Below, one piece after another: positions 26,270 to 40,967 of a stretch of DNA of 64,000 bases; the first letter of the stretch is position 1; each line of letters starts with the position of its first letter. The stretch is taken from positions 10,387,580 to 10,451,579 of the forward strand of contig NC_068992.1 of assembly GCF_001194135.2 (NCBI RefSeq). Direction: 5' to 3'. A model generated the notes under the pieces. That model saw only the letters and a program-made list of their open reading frames with translations, made no database searches and was not told the origin of the DNA. The DNA comes from Octopus bimaculoides (Eukaryota). A program made the translations under genes and the position numbers.

Positions 26270-26995
26270 AATCCTCTGGGATGTGTAATGTCAGTGTGCA
26301 TACATGACAGAGTGTAAGCGCCCCGAGAGAAAAGTTGGACATAAGAAACATCAGATGTGGTATACAAGAGAGATGACTGCACTGGTATGGTCATGTGTTG
26401 CATATGGATGAGGAAAGTTGTGTGAAAAAGAGTCACACCCTAGCAGTAGAGGGAACCTGTGGAAGTGGTAGACCCAGGAAGACGTGGGATGAGGTGGTGA
26501 AAAACGACCTTCGAATGTTGGGTCTCACAGAGGTGATGACAAGTGACTGAGACCATTGGAGATATGCTGTGCTTGAGAAGACCTGCCAAGCCAAGTGAGA
26601 CCATAACTGGCTTATGCCAGTGCAGCATAACTGGCCCATTTAAGTGTACCCTTCAATCATTGGGCAATAAACTGCGCTTGCAAAGACCTGTTGAGTCAAG
26701 TGAAGTCATTGTCATGACAGTACTACCTCATTGGCACCCATGTCAGTGGCACATAAAAAGGACCATTCGAGCATGGTCGATGCTAGTACCGCCTGACTGG
26801 CCCTCGTGTTGGTGGCATGTAAAAAGCATCCATTACACTCTCAGAGTGGTTGTTGTTAGGAAGGGCATCCAGCTGTAGAAACTGTGCCAGATCAGATTGG
26901 AGGCTGGTGGAGCCCTCTGGTTTGCCAGCCCTCAGTCAAATCGTCCAACCCATGTCAGCATGGAAAGTGGACGTTAAACGACAATGATGATGATG
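26270..26995 (+). mobile_element. RTE-clade LINE 3' end plus long 3' tail ending in (gat)n
   Basis: LHWYGHVLHMDEESCVKKSHTLAVEGTCGSGRPRKTWDEVVKNDL...YAVLEKTCQAK*, then the shared tail aggaagggcatccagctgtagaaac...ggacgttaaacga(tga)n. A partial minus copy lies at 29830-29970. Confidence 0.8.
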
Positions 26996-27961
26996 ATGAT
27001 ATATATCTATGTATGCATACATACATACATATATATGCATATGTATGCATATATATGTGTGTGTGTGTGTCTATATATATATATACATATATTACCGCCT
27101 GACTGGCTCCCGTAGGATTTTCGAGCGAGATCGTTGCCAGTGCCCCTGGACTGGCTTGTGCGGGTGGCACATAAAAGACACCATTTCGAGCGTGGCCGTT
27201 TTCGTGCGGGTGACACGTAAAAGCACCCACTACACTCTCTGAGTGGTTGGCGTTAGGAAGGGCATCCAGCTGTAGAAACTCTGCCAAATCAGACTGGAGC
27301 CTGGTGTAGCCATCTGGTTTCACCAGTCCTCAGTCAAATCGTCCAACCCATGCTAGCATGGAAAGCGGACGTTAAATGATGATGATGATGATGATGATAT
27401 ATNNNNNNNNNNNNNNNNNNNNNNNNNNNNNNNNNNNNNNNNNNNNNNNNNNNNNNNNNNNNNNNNNNNNNNNNNNNNNNNNNNNNNNNNNNNNNNNNNN
27501 NNNNNNNNNNNNNNNNNNNNNNNNNNNNNNNNNNNNNNNNNNNNNNNNNNNNNNNNNNNNNNNNNNNNNNNNNNNNNNNNNNNNNNNNNNNNNNNNNNNN
27601 NNNNNNNNNNNNNNNNNNNNNNNNNNNNNNNNNNNNNNNNNNNNNNNNNNNNNNNNNNNNNNNNNNNNNNNNNNNNNNNNNNNNNNNNNNNNNNNNNNNN
27701 NNNNNNNNNNNNGGGTGGGTGGGAGGTTTGATTCACCTTCGCTCGTCATCATCACTGTTGTTGTTATTGTTGTGGTTGTTAGCTTGGATTAGAACTTTTT
27801 ATCATAACGATCATCATTGTGATCATTAACATAATTATCATTGACATCGTTTTGCATCATTTCCACGACCATCATGAAAATCACCATCACCATCGTTTTT
27901 AACATTATCACCATCACAACCACAACCATCAACACCACCACCACCACGGTCTTCACAGCTG

Positions 27962-27992
<31 letters not shown>

Positions 27993-28560
27993 TATGAAAG
28001 TCATTATCACCAGTGTTGCTCATTGTTATCTTTGCCATCATGATGACAAAGCCGTCCCTGCCCTAATCACCTATTATCCTGCAAATCTACATTAACGTGT
28101 TCAAATGCAACAATTCCATTATATATATATGCTGCATTCATATATATATATGTGCTAAACGCACACACACACGTACTAACACACACACATATATATATAA
28201 GAATATATATATATATACACACATGCACGCATATACACAATATACATATATATTTAAAATAGTCCTTCATTTTGTAGATTGTTTTTCTATGATTTTTTTC
28301 TTCTCCTATTGTCTCCCACCCCTCATCTCCTATTCTATATCCTACTCACACTGCTTCTGCTCATCTTCTGAATCCCTCCCCAAGTCCCCTTTCCACCCTG
28401 CTCCACCCCACCCTCCCCCTTGATAGTGGAATAAGCTATCTCTGAATATCTGAAATCAATTTTAATATAAAATAAGACACCAGAGATGGTAACTGAGATT
28501 AGGAATAAAGGTAAAGATAGAAATCGAGAGACAAGGAAAGAGAAAAGCAAAAGAAAATAT

Positions 28561-28603
<43 letters not shown>

Positions 28604-28638
28604 NNNNNNNNNNNNNNNNNNNNNNNNNNNNNNNNNNN

Positions 28639-28684
<46 letters not shown>

Positions 28685-30329
28685 AACAAAAATAGTAAAT
28701 ATATTGAAACAGAAAAATAGGCAAGACAGAAAGAAAGAATGAAAGGAGGAAAGGGAGATTGTATAACAGAAGCCTCTTACAGAGATTCTATGTATCTGGT
28801 AGCTCTGGAAAATTCCAGTGTCTTACTTGCACTTTAGGTGGTGAATTTGTAGATTCGTTAAACTATTGGTATTTGTTTTGGTTCACTCTCACTATCATCT
28901 GAGTTCAAGTACCATTCAAGTCAACTTTGATTCTGGGGTCAGTACAGAATGTCTGTCTGTCTGTCTCTTTCTTTTCATTCTGTCTCTCTCAAAATTCATT
29001 ATAGAGTGCTGTGAGAAGATCATATGATGGGTAGAGATAGAGGTCACTCTTAGTGCCCATTTTTACCCCTATAAATGGAAGAGAATTGAGCTAGGAGATA
29101 GCGATTCCATGCTCAATGTGCTACAAAAAGTGTGAGAGAAACCATTGAACATGGTTAGCATTGATGGACTGATGTGCTGTATGACATGGAAAGGTTTATA
29201 TATATATATATATATAATTTCAATATAATCTAGGTAATATCCTTATCGTGTGCTTTCCAAAGCTTGTTTCCAGGTATCAGCTAACAAATCTCATTATACA
29301 GTAGGATTTCACCTGTTACTGGATATATTTGTGGAAATCCACAAAGATCCAATGATTATAAGCAAAGAGTTTTAATAGAAAATGGCATGAACAGGTTTTT
29401 TTTACAAATCACTACAATTGTTTCAATATATCATTAACAGCTGTTGATTACTGAATGCTACATATATTATACACAATATTGTATTATTCTGGTTCAACAA
29501 TATTTGTACACATGCACATCCTCAGGTGATCAGAGTCAAAGCACTGCTCTATATACACATGCACTCACACACACACACACACATACGCACACATTCACAC
29601 ACACATACACACTCACACACACATATAATCATCATCATCATTATCACCCATTTTCCATACTGGCATGGGTTGGATGGTTTGACAAGAGCTGTCCAGACTC
29701 CAGTTGTTTGATTTTGGCATGGTTTCTATGGCTGGATGCCCTTCCTAATGCCAACCACTTTACAGGATATGTGTGTTGGGGGGAGCATTGCCATAAAGAA
29801 CAAGCCTCTATGTATGGATGACTATAATTTTACTTAGCTTGACGTGTCTTCTCAAGTACAGCAAATTTCCACAAGTCCTGGTAACTTGTCATCTTCTTAC
29901 TGAGGCCCAGCATCAGTGGATCCTTTCTCACCATTTTATCCCACATCTCCTTGAGTCTTCCCCTTCTGCAGGCTCCCTTCTTATATAATATATATATACA
30001 TACATACATGCATACATACATGGGTGTGCCGCTGACGAAGCCCAGAGGCACACTCATGTACCTTAATTTTATCTACCAAATACTTCAGTTCACTGAAGGG
30101 ATGGAAGTAAAGTGGGGTACTATGAACTCTTGGCTGAAACAGCTGTAAAAAACTATTGTTCTATGTTATATATTTTAATGATTTCTGGTATTTTTATATA
30201 TGTAAAGCATAATATGTTATACATGTATGTATATTATTATAATTGTTTTTTTTTAAAAATGAATAGACATAATATAATGTCTAAAAGTTGATAAATACCA
30301 CCTCTTGATCCCCTCCATTTTCTTATTGC

Positions 30330-30379
<50 letters not shown>

Positions 30380-31767
30380 ATAATAATAATAAAAGATGGG
30401 CTTCTTTCAGTTTCTGTCAATGAAATCTACTGCCATACTTAGTAATGAAGAGGTGAGGTCACTTTTTTACTAAAGGAGGATAAAGGCCAAGAGTGAGTAG
30501 GTGTGATAGATCTACCCACCTCTGTTCTCTAGCTTTGCTTGCGTGGTGTTATGATTTGGCATAAAATATTTCAACTTTTGCCAAAGAACAGATTTACTCA
30601 GTGTGACACATGATAATAAAACTATTGATTTCTAGTTTGGCAGTTAACTATATTCTTTTCATCAGAATTTTTATAATTGTTTTTAATTCATAATTTCTTT
30701 TTATGATTTATAATTTTTTTTCATAATTTAGAATTTTTATAACTTTTTTAAGAATGCATTTTTCAGTTAATGTAGAAGAGGGTGATAGTTGGAGGAAGTT
30801 GTATAAAAAAGTTTTTAGAGTGGAATATGGGGTACACATTGTACTGCTTGGTGTTGGTGGACATTGTAGAGCTGGGAAGTGGGGACAGAGATATACTGTA
30901 GGGCCGGATTAGTGTGCTGAATACTTTGGTGCCAGACTTCCCTATGGAGGTTAAAGAGAAGGAGTGAGTAGTATCACTTGTTTATATGTATGTATCTGTG
31001 TGATTAGATATTACAACATGATATATTTACTGTACAAATTTAAACAATAAAAAAAATACCAGGATTAAACATGAATTTTTACATTAAGTATTGATAACGA
31101 TTGAATATCAAATGAAGTATGAATTCTTCTGGTAATTATTATAAGATTTTAAATTGTATGGTTAAGAGTGAAAACCTTAAATTTTAAATATTTCATAGAA
31201 AATACTTAGAAATAAGTTATAGTTGTGTATTCAATAGATATCCTTAAAAGAAAAGCTACTTGCTATTTCCCCATAAAATATATAAACTCAGAATAGAAAC
31301 AGATTGAAACTTCATCTTGTAGTAAATAAGGAGATACATTAAGATTTATATTATCTGATGAAGATAATGATTATTGTGTTGGCAATGATTCAAGTAAACA
31401 AATGTATTAAATAACGGATTATATCAACATATGCTTTCTGATGAACGTTTATTTACTCTTCAAATGAATAACATCAACAAATTTTTTTTGTTTTAACTAA
31501 TTTTCTTGATTTTTTTTTTGTGTGTCTTTATTTGTTTACTTGTTAACAACAAAGAGATTATGCTTTTTTTGTTTTGTTTTTAAATGATAAATCATTTTAT
31601 GTCTTTTCATTTATTTATCTTCTTGAGTCAATCAGTTCATATTTTCGGAATAAAAGAATGAAATTCAATTTCTTTTAAGAGTCATGTTTCATAAATTTAC
31701 AGCATTTTTCTGAAAAGAAAATTGAAACAATTTTTTATTTAATTATATTTTAATTTCAAAATATACA

Positions 31768-31808
<41 letters not shown>

Positions 31809-33060
31809 ATTTCATTTTTATTTAGTAAAATGATAACACTATCTTAATGATTTTCAAGTGTACATAGAGTGAACGTTTAAGACAATGCATGAATTCTTTG
31901 TTTGATTTTAATTTTGTTTGTTTACCCATTGTTAAGAATTTTTTTATGGTGCCACAAAGAGTGATGGACTACCAGTGAAAATGGCATTGGTTCATATCCA
32001 CTCACTGACACAACATGTGACCTTCACCAAGACAAACAAAATATTCAATTACTTCACTTCATTTAGTTGTAAACAACTGTAAACATGCATATGAATACAG
32101 GTTATTCTTGTAGATAGTTGAAATTGTCTGTAATTTCTACCAAGGGTCAAATAGACTGTTATAACCATTCACAGATTTCTGTCAGGTCTCAAATTTGGGC
32201 CACACAATGGCCCTGGCTGCCGGTGTTTTAGTCAAGTGTATCAACTCCCACCACCTACTGTTTATCTCAGTCGGGTATACAGTTTATCAACCTCTGTTTT
32301 TTTAATCAGTTAAGTATAGGATATAATGGAATGCAACTAAATATGATACATTTTTTATAGGGTACAAACATAAACAAAAATGATGCAGACATAAACACAA
32401 AATATATACACTTATGTCTGCTCTACCGGTCATTCTCTACAACATCCGTTTGTGTTCTGACTGTCTTTGTACTGGAGCCATCCCCTCCTGCCTTTGCCCT
32501 GAACAGAAATTAATCTTCTCTCTTTGCTCCTTTGCAACAAATGGGCTCAAATCACCTCCTCTTTTCATCTGACACCAATCTCACCTCTTCTCTTCATTCG
32601 ATACCAGCTCCACACACACTAGCACTGACCACTTCCCAGCACCCACACCACCCACCATCATCCACACACCCACACACAACCTTCGATAGTGTCACTTGCT
32701 CACTCACACAAGTTTTTTTTTTTTACTATCAATGATGTTGAAGAGAAAGGTACACTTATGCTCCTTGACACCCATATCATCACAGGAATTGCCGGCCAAC
32801 TGAAAAGAGAACAGTTAACACAAAGCCCTCTGTGTGAAACAAACTTTTCTGATAATCCACTGCTCAGGGAAAGTGAACATTAAATGAAGACATGGTTCCC
32901 AAGTATTTTAATGATGAAGAATCAATTATTTGATGAGTGAATTATTTGTTCAGGGTTTGTAAAGCAAACTTCTTCATCATCCAGGCATGTTAATACTGTG
33001 TTTATATATTTCTCTCTCTATATATGTGTGTGTGTGTGTGTGCATGTGTATATATATATA

Positions 33061-33370
33061 GTGAAGGTGCATGGCTCAGTGGTTAGAGCGATGAGCTTAC
33101 AATCTTGAGGTTGTGAGTTCGATACCTGGACTGGGCTGCATGTTGTGTTCTTGAGCAAGACACTTTATTTCATGTTGCTCCAGTTCACTCAGCTGTAGAA
33201 ATGAGTTGCAACGTCACTGGTGCCAAGCTGTATCAGTCTTTGCCTTTCCCTTGGATAACACTGGTGGCGTGGAGAGGGGAGGCTGGTATGCCTGGGCGAC
33301 TGCTGGTCTTCCATAAACAACCTTGCCCGAACTTGTGCCTTGGTCATTCATGACCAAAGGGGGTTGCCCT
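33061..33370 (+). mobile_element. tRNA-derived SINE, family C, near full length
   Basis: A-box TGGCTCAGTGG (33072-82), B-box GTTCGATAC (33117-25), central cttgagcaagacact...ccagttcactcagctgtagaaatgagt. Confidence 0.8.
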
Positions 33371-33641
33371 TATATATATATATATATATATNNNNNNNNN
33401 NNNNNNNNNNNNNNNNNNNNNNNNNNNNNNNNNNNNNNNNNNNNNNNNNNNNNNNNNNNNNNNNNNNNNNNNNNNNNNNNNNNNNNNNNNNNNNNNNNNN
33501 NNNNNNNNNNNNNNNNNNNNNNNNNNNNNNNNNNNNNNNNNNNNNNNNNNNNNNNNNNNNNNNNNNNNNNNNNNNNNNNNNNNNNNNNNNNNNNNNNNNN
33601 NNNNNNNNNNNNNNNNNNNNNNNNNNNNNNNNNNNNNNNNN

Positions 33642-33680
<39 letters not shown>

Positions 33681-35584
33681 GAGAGACAGAGGGAGAGAGA
33701 GAACACTGGGATCAATGTAATCAACTTAACTCTCCTCTTAAAATTGTTAGTCAAAAGTCTGAAATGATTATAAATAAGAAGGATATTGGATTAGGATTGG
33801 CAGAGTCAGTAAAGTGTTAAACAAAACACCTTGTGGTATTTAGTGTATTCAGTTCTCTACATTACATTAAGGTTCATAAAATAATCACCAGACAATTTAA
33901 GACTAGGGTCAACTTAATTGACTGTTTCTTCCTTAAATAAAATATGAATAAAATAATAGATAAATGAATAAAATTTCCAATTCTATTTTAATGATTCTGA
34001 TTTAGAAGATATTTGGATACTATTAATATCTGGAAGATAATAACAAACGTTTGCCAGGGAGAAATATCCGATATTGAAGTTACTTTAGAGATATATTAAA
34101 TTCCATTTTGCTCTAATTTAATTAAGGACATGAAATAGATTATGCTTTCAGAAGCCATGTGAATGGAGACTAATTATAGTATTCCTAATTGGGATCTTAC
34201 TCTTGTTAGGATAAATAAATAATGCCCAGCATGAAAGTAAGTTGATTTCTTGTTGGTTGGGGGCATGCAAGGATCTGTTCCGATGTTGGGCAAGGATCTG
34301 TTCTGCTTGGTTTCATATCATATTGAGGGTTGTTCTGGGCAGGTTGTTGGTCCTCTGTAAAATAGTCAGATGATGGAGATGCCATCTTGGTGATGAGCCG
34401 AATGTACTACCAGTCACCATTAGTCTGGAACCTCTCTGGGAGACTGGCCTACCTAGAGTGGGTCTACCAGGAGCAAAGCTCCAGCTAGTAACATTCTCTT
34501 GGACCTACAAAACATGCAAGCCCCCTTGTCATGACAAAGCCAGACAAAGGGAATTCTAGAGGGTAATGTTCTGGGTATGGTAGTAGTCAGTTCAGGTCTT
34601 GAGTGGGGATGCTTTAATGAACACTACAAGGATGAGAAGTGAAGAGGTCAGTGAGCTACAAGTGCCTGGGAGAAGGATGCTTGATACCAGTCAGCTGTGA
34701 GGAGTAGAAGCTGTAGTAGTAGCAGTGGAAATGAAGAGAGAGAGGATACAGCATGGCTTTGGATCAGAGGTTGAATTATGTTGGTAACTTTATGCTAATC
34801 ACTCAACTTATCTTTCTTTGAACTCAGTTTAGGATGCCAATGTGTGTGGGAGTTGTGTTCCATTGTATGTCTCACCTGAGATTTGTAAAGGGTTATTAGT
34901 CTTTGGCAGTGGAAGTATTTTCTTGCTATGAAAAAAAGAAAAGCCAATCTTTAAGATGCAGTCATTTTATGTCAAGCATATTCTTGCGGGGTCTTGTGGC
35001 ACTTGATTGAATCCTAAAAATTTACATTTTAAAATGCACTGAATGTAAGTTACCATTCCAGTACTATGTTACTCTTTCATGCTGATCAAATATTATTTGC
35101 TTTTCTCTTCCAAAACAAAGTTAATGAAAAAAGAAAAGTGAACCAAAAATAAAAAAAAAATAATAAAGAAAATAGCATAACAAAAGAGAATAAAAATATA
35201 ACCACATTTGACATTAAATTCTAAAATCCTCTGATTTAGCAATAAAATCGTTGTGTTTTTTAAACAAGTGAAATTGTATTCTATCAGATTATCAACAGTA
35301 GTAATTAGTAAAATCCCATTGCAATCTATGTATTAATGGCGAAAGATTGAATCAAATATGTTGTTGTAATTTGACAACTTGTTCACACTTGGAGAAAAAA
35401 AAATAGTTCCACTCTTATTTTATTTGTCACTTTTTGGGGGTCTCATTTTTCTATCTTAATAGGTTCTTTTCTTTCACACATACACACACACATACACACA
35501 TACAAACACGCACACACATGCACACACACGCATATACATAATACCTACATGTATATACATACCTACATATATGTATATACACAC

Positions 35585-35616
<32 letters not shown>

Positions 35617-36477
35617 NNNNNNNNNNNNNNNNNNNNNNNNNNNNNNNNNNNNNNNNNNNNNNNNNNNNNNNNNNNNNNNNNNNNNNNNNNNNNNNNNNNN
35701 NNNNNNNNNNNNNNNNNNNNNNNNNNNNNNNNNNNNNNNNNNNNNNNNNNNNNNNNNNNNNNNNNNNGATTTTGATACCATCGTAAAGAATAATTTATTT
35801 AATGCAAATGAAGCTTAGACAAACTATTTATTGTTGTTTCTTTTTTCCTTTAAGAAGAGAACAAACATAAAAATTCTACATTTTTGTTTTGGCCTTTTTT
35901 TAAAAAACTTTTGTTAATAGTATTTTACTTTTGTTTGTTGCTTTTTTATATATATATTTTTTGGTTATTAATATTTGCATATTTTATGTTGTTTTATACA
36001 AATATTTTTCGGGTTAAAACTAGAGTGCTCTTGCTGTATTCCTTTTAATTATCCAATCGGTTCCATTCTCAGATTTTATTGTTACATTTATGATGATTTC
36101 TTGTTAAAGAACACACACAATTTTCGATGGCAAATGTAGTTTAGCGAAAATGAGAAATGCAAACACGAAACATTCCTTTTAATATGATAACATTAAAGTT
36201 TGTCTTTTAATCTAAAATTTTAGCTGTTTTCATTTTTTTTTTTTTGTTCGCCTATGAAATTTATTGTCATCGACTTGAACTCTTTTTCTTTAAATATCTT
36301 ATGATCTCACTAGAATAGCAAATATCTCAGAAGCAATAATAATAATAATGATGATGATAATAATAATAATAATAACATTAACATCAATATTAATAATAAT
36401 AACAACAACACTAACAACAATAATAATGGCTTCTTCCATAATAATAATAACAACAACAACAACAATAATAATAATGA

Positions 36478-36521
<44 letters not shown>

Positions 36522-36578
36522 ATAATAATAATAATAATAATAATTATGATGATGATGGTAATAATAATAATAATAATG

Positions 36579-36611
<33 letters not shown>

Positions 36612-39600
36612 TGGTAATGATGATGATAATGTTGCTAACAATGATGATGATGATGATGATGGTGATGATGGCAGTTGAAAGTACATTAGCTCTTCTGAGA
36701 GAATTTTATGTATAAAAATTTATTCTTCCTCCAAGATGCTGTTTTGTAGAAGTATGAGTTCATCATGAATTTATAAAAAAATGTCGCTGTCGTGTGGGGG
36801 CGGAGTGGAATGGGAGGAAATATGGTGATACAACAAATTGTGAAGCATGACAGAAAGAGACAATATCAATGGATTTCACTGGAATCTTAACAACATTTAG
36901 CTTACAAGCCTTACAACACTTTCCATAATTTAATCCATTTCAAAAGGTTTCTTGAAGGAATCATTTTTATTGATATTTTTTTTATAAAACTAAAAAAATT
37001 CTCCCTTTTTACAACTAATGTTTTCAATATTTTCAGGCAAAATCTTTAGGGTGTCAGACAAAATGCCTTGTGGTATTTCTTCTGACTCTTTACATTCTGA
37101 GTTCAAATCCCACCAAAGTTATCGTTGTCTTTCATTCCTCCAGGGTTAATAAAACAGAATACGAGTCAAATACTGGGGCTCCTTTAATCAACTAATTTTC
37201 CCTTACATCAAATTTAAGGCCTTATTCCTATGTTAAAGGGATTCTTGTTGCTGTTGTTGTTGTTGTTGTCCTCATCTATTTTCCTTTCTACTCCTGACTG
37301 AGTTATCTATGTCATCTTAGTCTTCCACATTCTCTTCATCTTTCTGGTTACTTCCTTAACATTACCATCATTACTGTCACTGTCATAATTGTTCTTGTTA
37401 TTATTATTGTTACTATTGCAGAATCAGTTCACCAACAAAGTGCCCATGCATTATTTAGTTATGTCACTTTAAATTTTCTGTTAAAATCCTACATGTTTTG
37501 GACCTGCCTTTCCCTTTTGAGTATACTGGTAGAATTAATTACCAATCAAGTGGCTTCCTAAGAGGCTGAAAGATACAGGAATTGAGACAGGTGTAGTCAG
37601 CCTTAAAAAAAGAGCAATCCTGTATTTTGCAAGAATTCTTAGAGGATTTCTTGATATTTAAAACTCATGACCTAGCCTCATATATGTAAGAGCAAAATAG
37701 GAAGTTCTAAAATCTCTAAACAAGATATAAGTGGTAACAATATTAGACGGTAATGTTTTTTTGGCACTATAACATGGCTGTTGTATAAAGAACTTTTGTT
37801 ACTACATTTTAACCCCGAGAAAAACGTCTTTTCCTGTTGGTTAATGGCACACAATCTGTGTCGATATATTGTGAACGAATCACTCCCCTCCAGCTTGGCA
37901 AGACCAGTAGATCATGGTTTCTCAGAGTCAGTAAATAAGTACCAGTTGAATACTGGGACCCATGTAATTAACTGACCCTTCAAATTTCAAGCCTTGTGCC
38001 TTTGATAGAAAAGATTATTACTTGCACAGTCAGCTTTGTTTATCCAAGATTCACTCTAGTCTCCTCCCTCTGGAATCAAAGAAATAAAAGTACCAGTTAA
38101 GTACAGGGTTTGATGTAACAGACTGACCGCTCTCCTAAATTTATTGCCTTTTACCAACACAAGGAATTATTATTCTCATTGGGGTCAACTTTATCTTTCA
38201 TCTTTTCACCTTTTGCTACAATAAACTACTAGTTACTCACTGATGTTGGTGTAATTGCCTAAGTTGTCTTCTCGTAATAATGACTGACCCTGGTCTAAAT
38301 CAGAAACCATTATTATTAATAAAACCACATATCTATAGACTGGGCCTTCATATCCACTGGTACTCAAATTTCTGATTAATAAAGCCTGATTAAAAAAAAA
38401 AAAATCCTTTCCCCCAAGGTCAGTATTTTTCTGGTAGAATATGAAGAAGATGATGCTGCAAGTGAGAGGTGAGAGCCATTTTGGTTAACATAAATAATCT
38501 AAATGGAGAGGAAAAATTATTGAAACACGTTAACATTTTATTAGTGTATGGATGGAAGATTCATGAAAAAGAATAAGAAGTTCATTCCTATTGATACAGA
38601 CCAGCACTAATCTCCTCAAATTTCTATTGGTTATGTTAAAGTAGCCATAAATATTATATGTTGTTGCTGCACCACTTAGTAGTAGTAGTAGTAGTGATAA
38701 TAATGATGGTGATGATGATGGTGATGATGGTGGTGGTGATTTCTCACATCAATGCAAAGCTACAAATTATTGTTACCGTTTAGCACCAGGTCAGAGCTGA
38801 TCGAGCCGACTCGTAATCAAAGTCATTCCAGCAGAGTTCTGATCAAAGAAATTTAGTCTTTTTGTGCAATGTGTCTTTATTTAAGACAGTAAAATATTAT
38901 TTCAGGAAGATTTGCTGCTATTTCTAGCATGTAGATTGATATGGGTACAATATAGTCAATTAATGGGTACTCTGTGGTTGAATGGGTAGGAGGTTCATTT
39001 AGCAACCATGAGTCTTAGGTTCAATTCCACTGTATGGCATCTTGAGCAAGTCTCTTGCATTATAAGCCTTCAATTGACCCATACCTTCTGAGTGAAACTG
39101 GGGAAATGGAAACTATATTGAAGGCCATCAGATGGATCATACTTAGAATTCAAAGGTTTAACTGTATCACACTGTGCCACCTTGGTTCCACCAGTGCCGG
39201 TGTCATGTGAAAGGCATTGCTGCTGGTGCTACATAAAAAGCATGCAGCACATTCTGTAGAATATGTATTACCTAGCTGGACTCGTCACCACTCAATTTTG
39301 CCAGCTCAATGGACTGGAGCAACATGAAATGAAGTGTTTTGCTGAAGAACACAAGGCTCCACCTGGTACCAAAATCCAGAACACCTAAGTCATGCACCTT
39401 CATGTGTGTTGGCATGGCTGTGTGAATAAGAAGTTGAAGAGTGTAACAGAAAAGAAGTTTGCATCTACATGTTTGGGGGAGAGGCAATCCCAATGCATGG
39501 TATTTAGGATAAGTGTCTTTGACAACAGTCTTAAGTTGACCAATGCTTTCTGACTGATATTTAGTAGATGAAAGCTATACAGATGTCTGCCATATATATA

Positions 39601-39746
39601 GTTAAGCTCCAGGTTCGGTGATTATGCAAATAAGGAGTCCAACGTAGGTCATATATCAGTGTGTGTATATATAAAAAAAATTTTTTTTTTCAGAATGAGA
39701 TAAAAAACCAAGGCTGTGAAGATTTTAGAACATTTAGAAATAGAAG

Positions 39747-39794
39747 GTCTTACAGTTGTTTCCAGGATATTTATTATATCCCTTCATCAGAGAC
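39747..39794 (-). ncRNA. Minimal type I hammerhead ribozyme motif, left arm of palindrome
   Basis: Minus strand: GTCT-CTGATGA-A-GGGATAT aataa ATATCCT-G-GAAA-CAACTG-TA-AGAC. CUGAUGA intact, 7-bp stem II, GTCT/AGAC stem I, GUA triplet, extra A and G flanking stem II. Confidence 0.7.
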
Positions 39795-39833
39795 GGTATG
39801 AGAAAATGGTTAAGCAAACCATTTTCTCATACC

Positions 39834-39881
39834 GTCTCCGATGAAGGGATATAATAAATATCCTGGAAACAGCTGTAAGAC
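39834..39881 (+). ncRNA. Minimal type I hammerhead ribozyme motif, right arm of palindrome (U4C)
   Basis: GTCT-CCGATGA-A-GGGATAT aataa ATATCCT-G-GAAA-CAGCTG-TA-AGAC; perfectly palindromic stem III ACAGCTGT. Confidence 0.65.
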
Positions 39882-39969
39882 CTATGTTCTAAATGTTCTA
39901 AAATCTTCACAGCCTTGGATTTTTATCTCGTTCTGAAAAAAAATTGATTTATATATATATATATATACC

Positions 39970-40003
<34 letters not shown>

Positions 40004-40034
40004 NNNNNNNNNNATATATATATATATATACCAG

Positions 40035-40066
<32 letters not shown>

Positions 40067-40591
40067 ACACACACATATACACATGCATATATATAGGAAA
40101 AGTAATAAGTAAGGTTGCATTAAATTTTTATACATGAATACATTTTTGCTTGAATAAAACAAGTCTACTTTTTTAATGCATGAGGTAAATATTTTTCTTC
40201 AAAATATTTATATATATGAAAGCAAAACTACAAAATTGTGTTTTTACATAACAAATATTTTTATACAATAGTTTTACTGAAAATATATTATTATATGTAT
40301 TCACTAGGTGAGTTTTAGCATAAAAACTATATATATATATAATGAAGCATTGGTGCAAAGCAGTGTTTAGGTATAAGCAGAATTTAGGTTAGTTGAAATA
40401 TGTTTGTCACATATTTCAACTGCTTAAGACAAATACACTGCAGTTACCATGGAGGAAATTCTCTCTTGTGGTAAAAGGTGTGAAAACACCTAGTTCATTC
40501 AGTGCTGCCATCTGTCAGGAATCTCAGACATCAATGTTTCGAGTTTTTTGACTCTTGTCATTTTAGGTGCACCTCATTGACCTAAATTGTG

Positions 40592-40629
<38 letters not shown>

Positions 40630-40913
40630 NNNNNNNNNNNNNNNNNNNNNNNNNNNNNNNNNNNNNNNNNNNNNNNNNNNNNNNNNNNNNNNNNNNNNNN
40701 NNNNNNNNNNNNNNNNNNNNNNNNNNNNNNNNNNNNNNNNNNNNNNNNNNNNNNNNNNNNNNNNNNNNNNNNNNNNNNNNNNNNNNNNNNNNNNNNNNNN
40801 NNNNNNNNNNNNNNNNNNNNNNNNNNNNNNNNNNNNNNNNNNNNNNNNNNNNNNNNNNNNNNNNNNNNNNNNNNNNNNNNNNNNNNNNNNNNNNNNNNNN
40901 NNNNNNNNNNNNN

Positions 40914-40967
<54 letters not shown>

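Larger units (their letters stand above)
39681..39945. repeat. Long near-perfect inverted repeat (~130-bp arms, 5-nt loop aagca at 39812-39816)
   Basis: Direct reading: ...agacggtatgagaaaatggtt aagca aaccattttctcataccgtct..., complementary out to ttttcagaa / ttctgaaaa with few mismatches. Confidence 0.95.

Noticed and set aside
30017-30060. 14-bp hairpin with CTGACGA in the loop
   Set aside because: No GAAA and no three-way junction; not a hammerhead.
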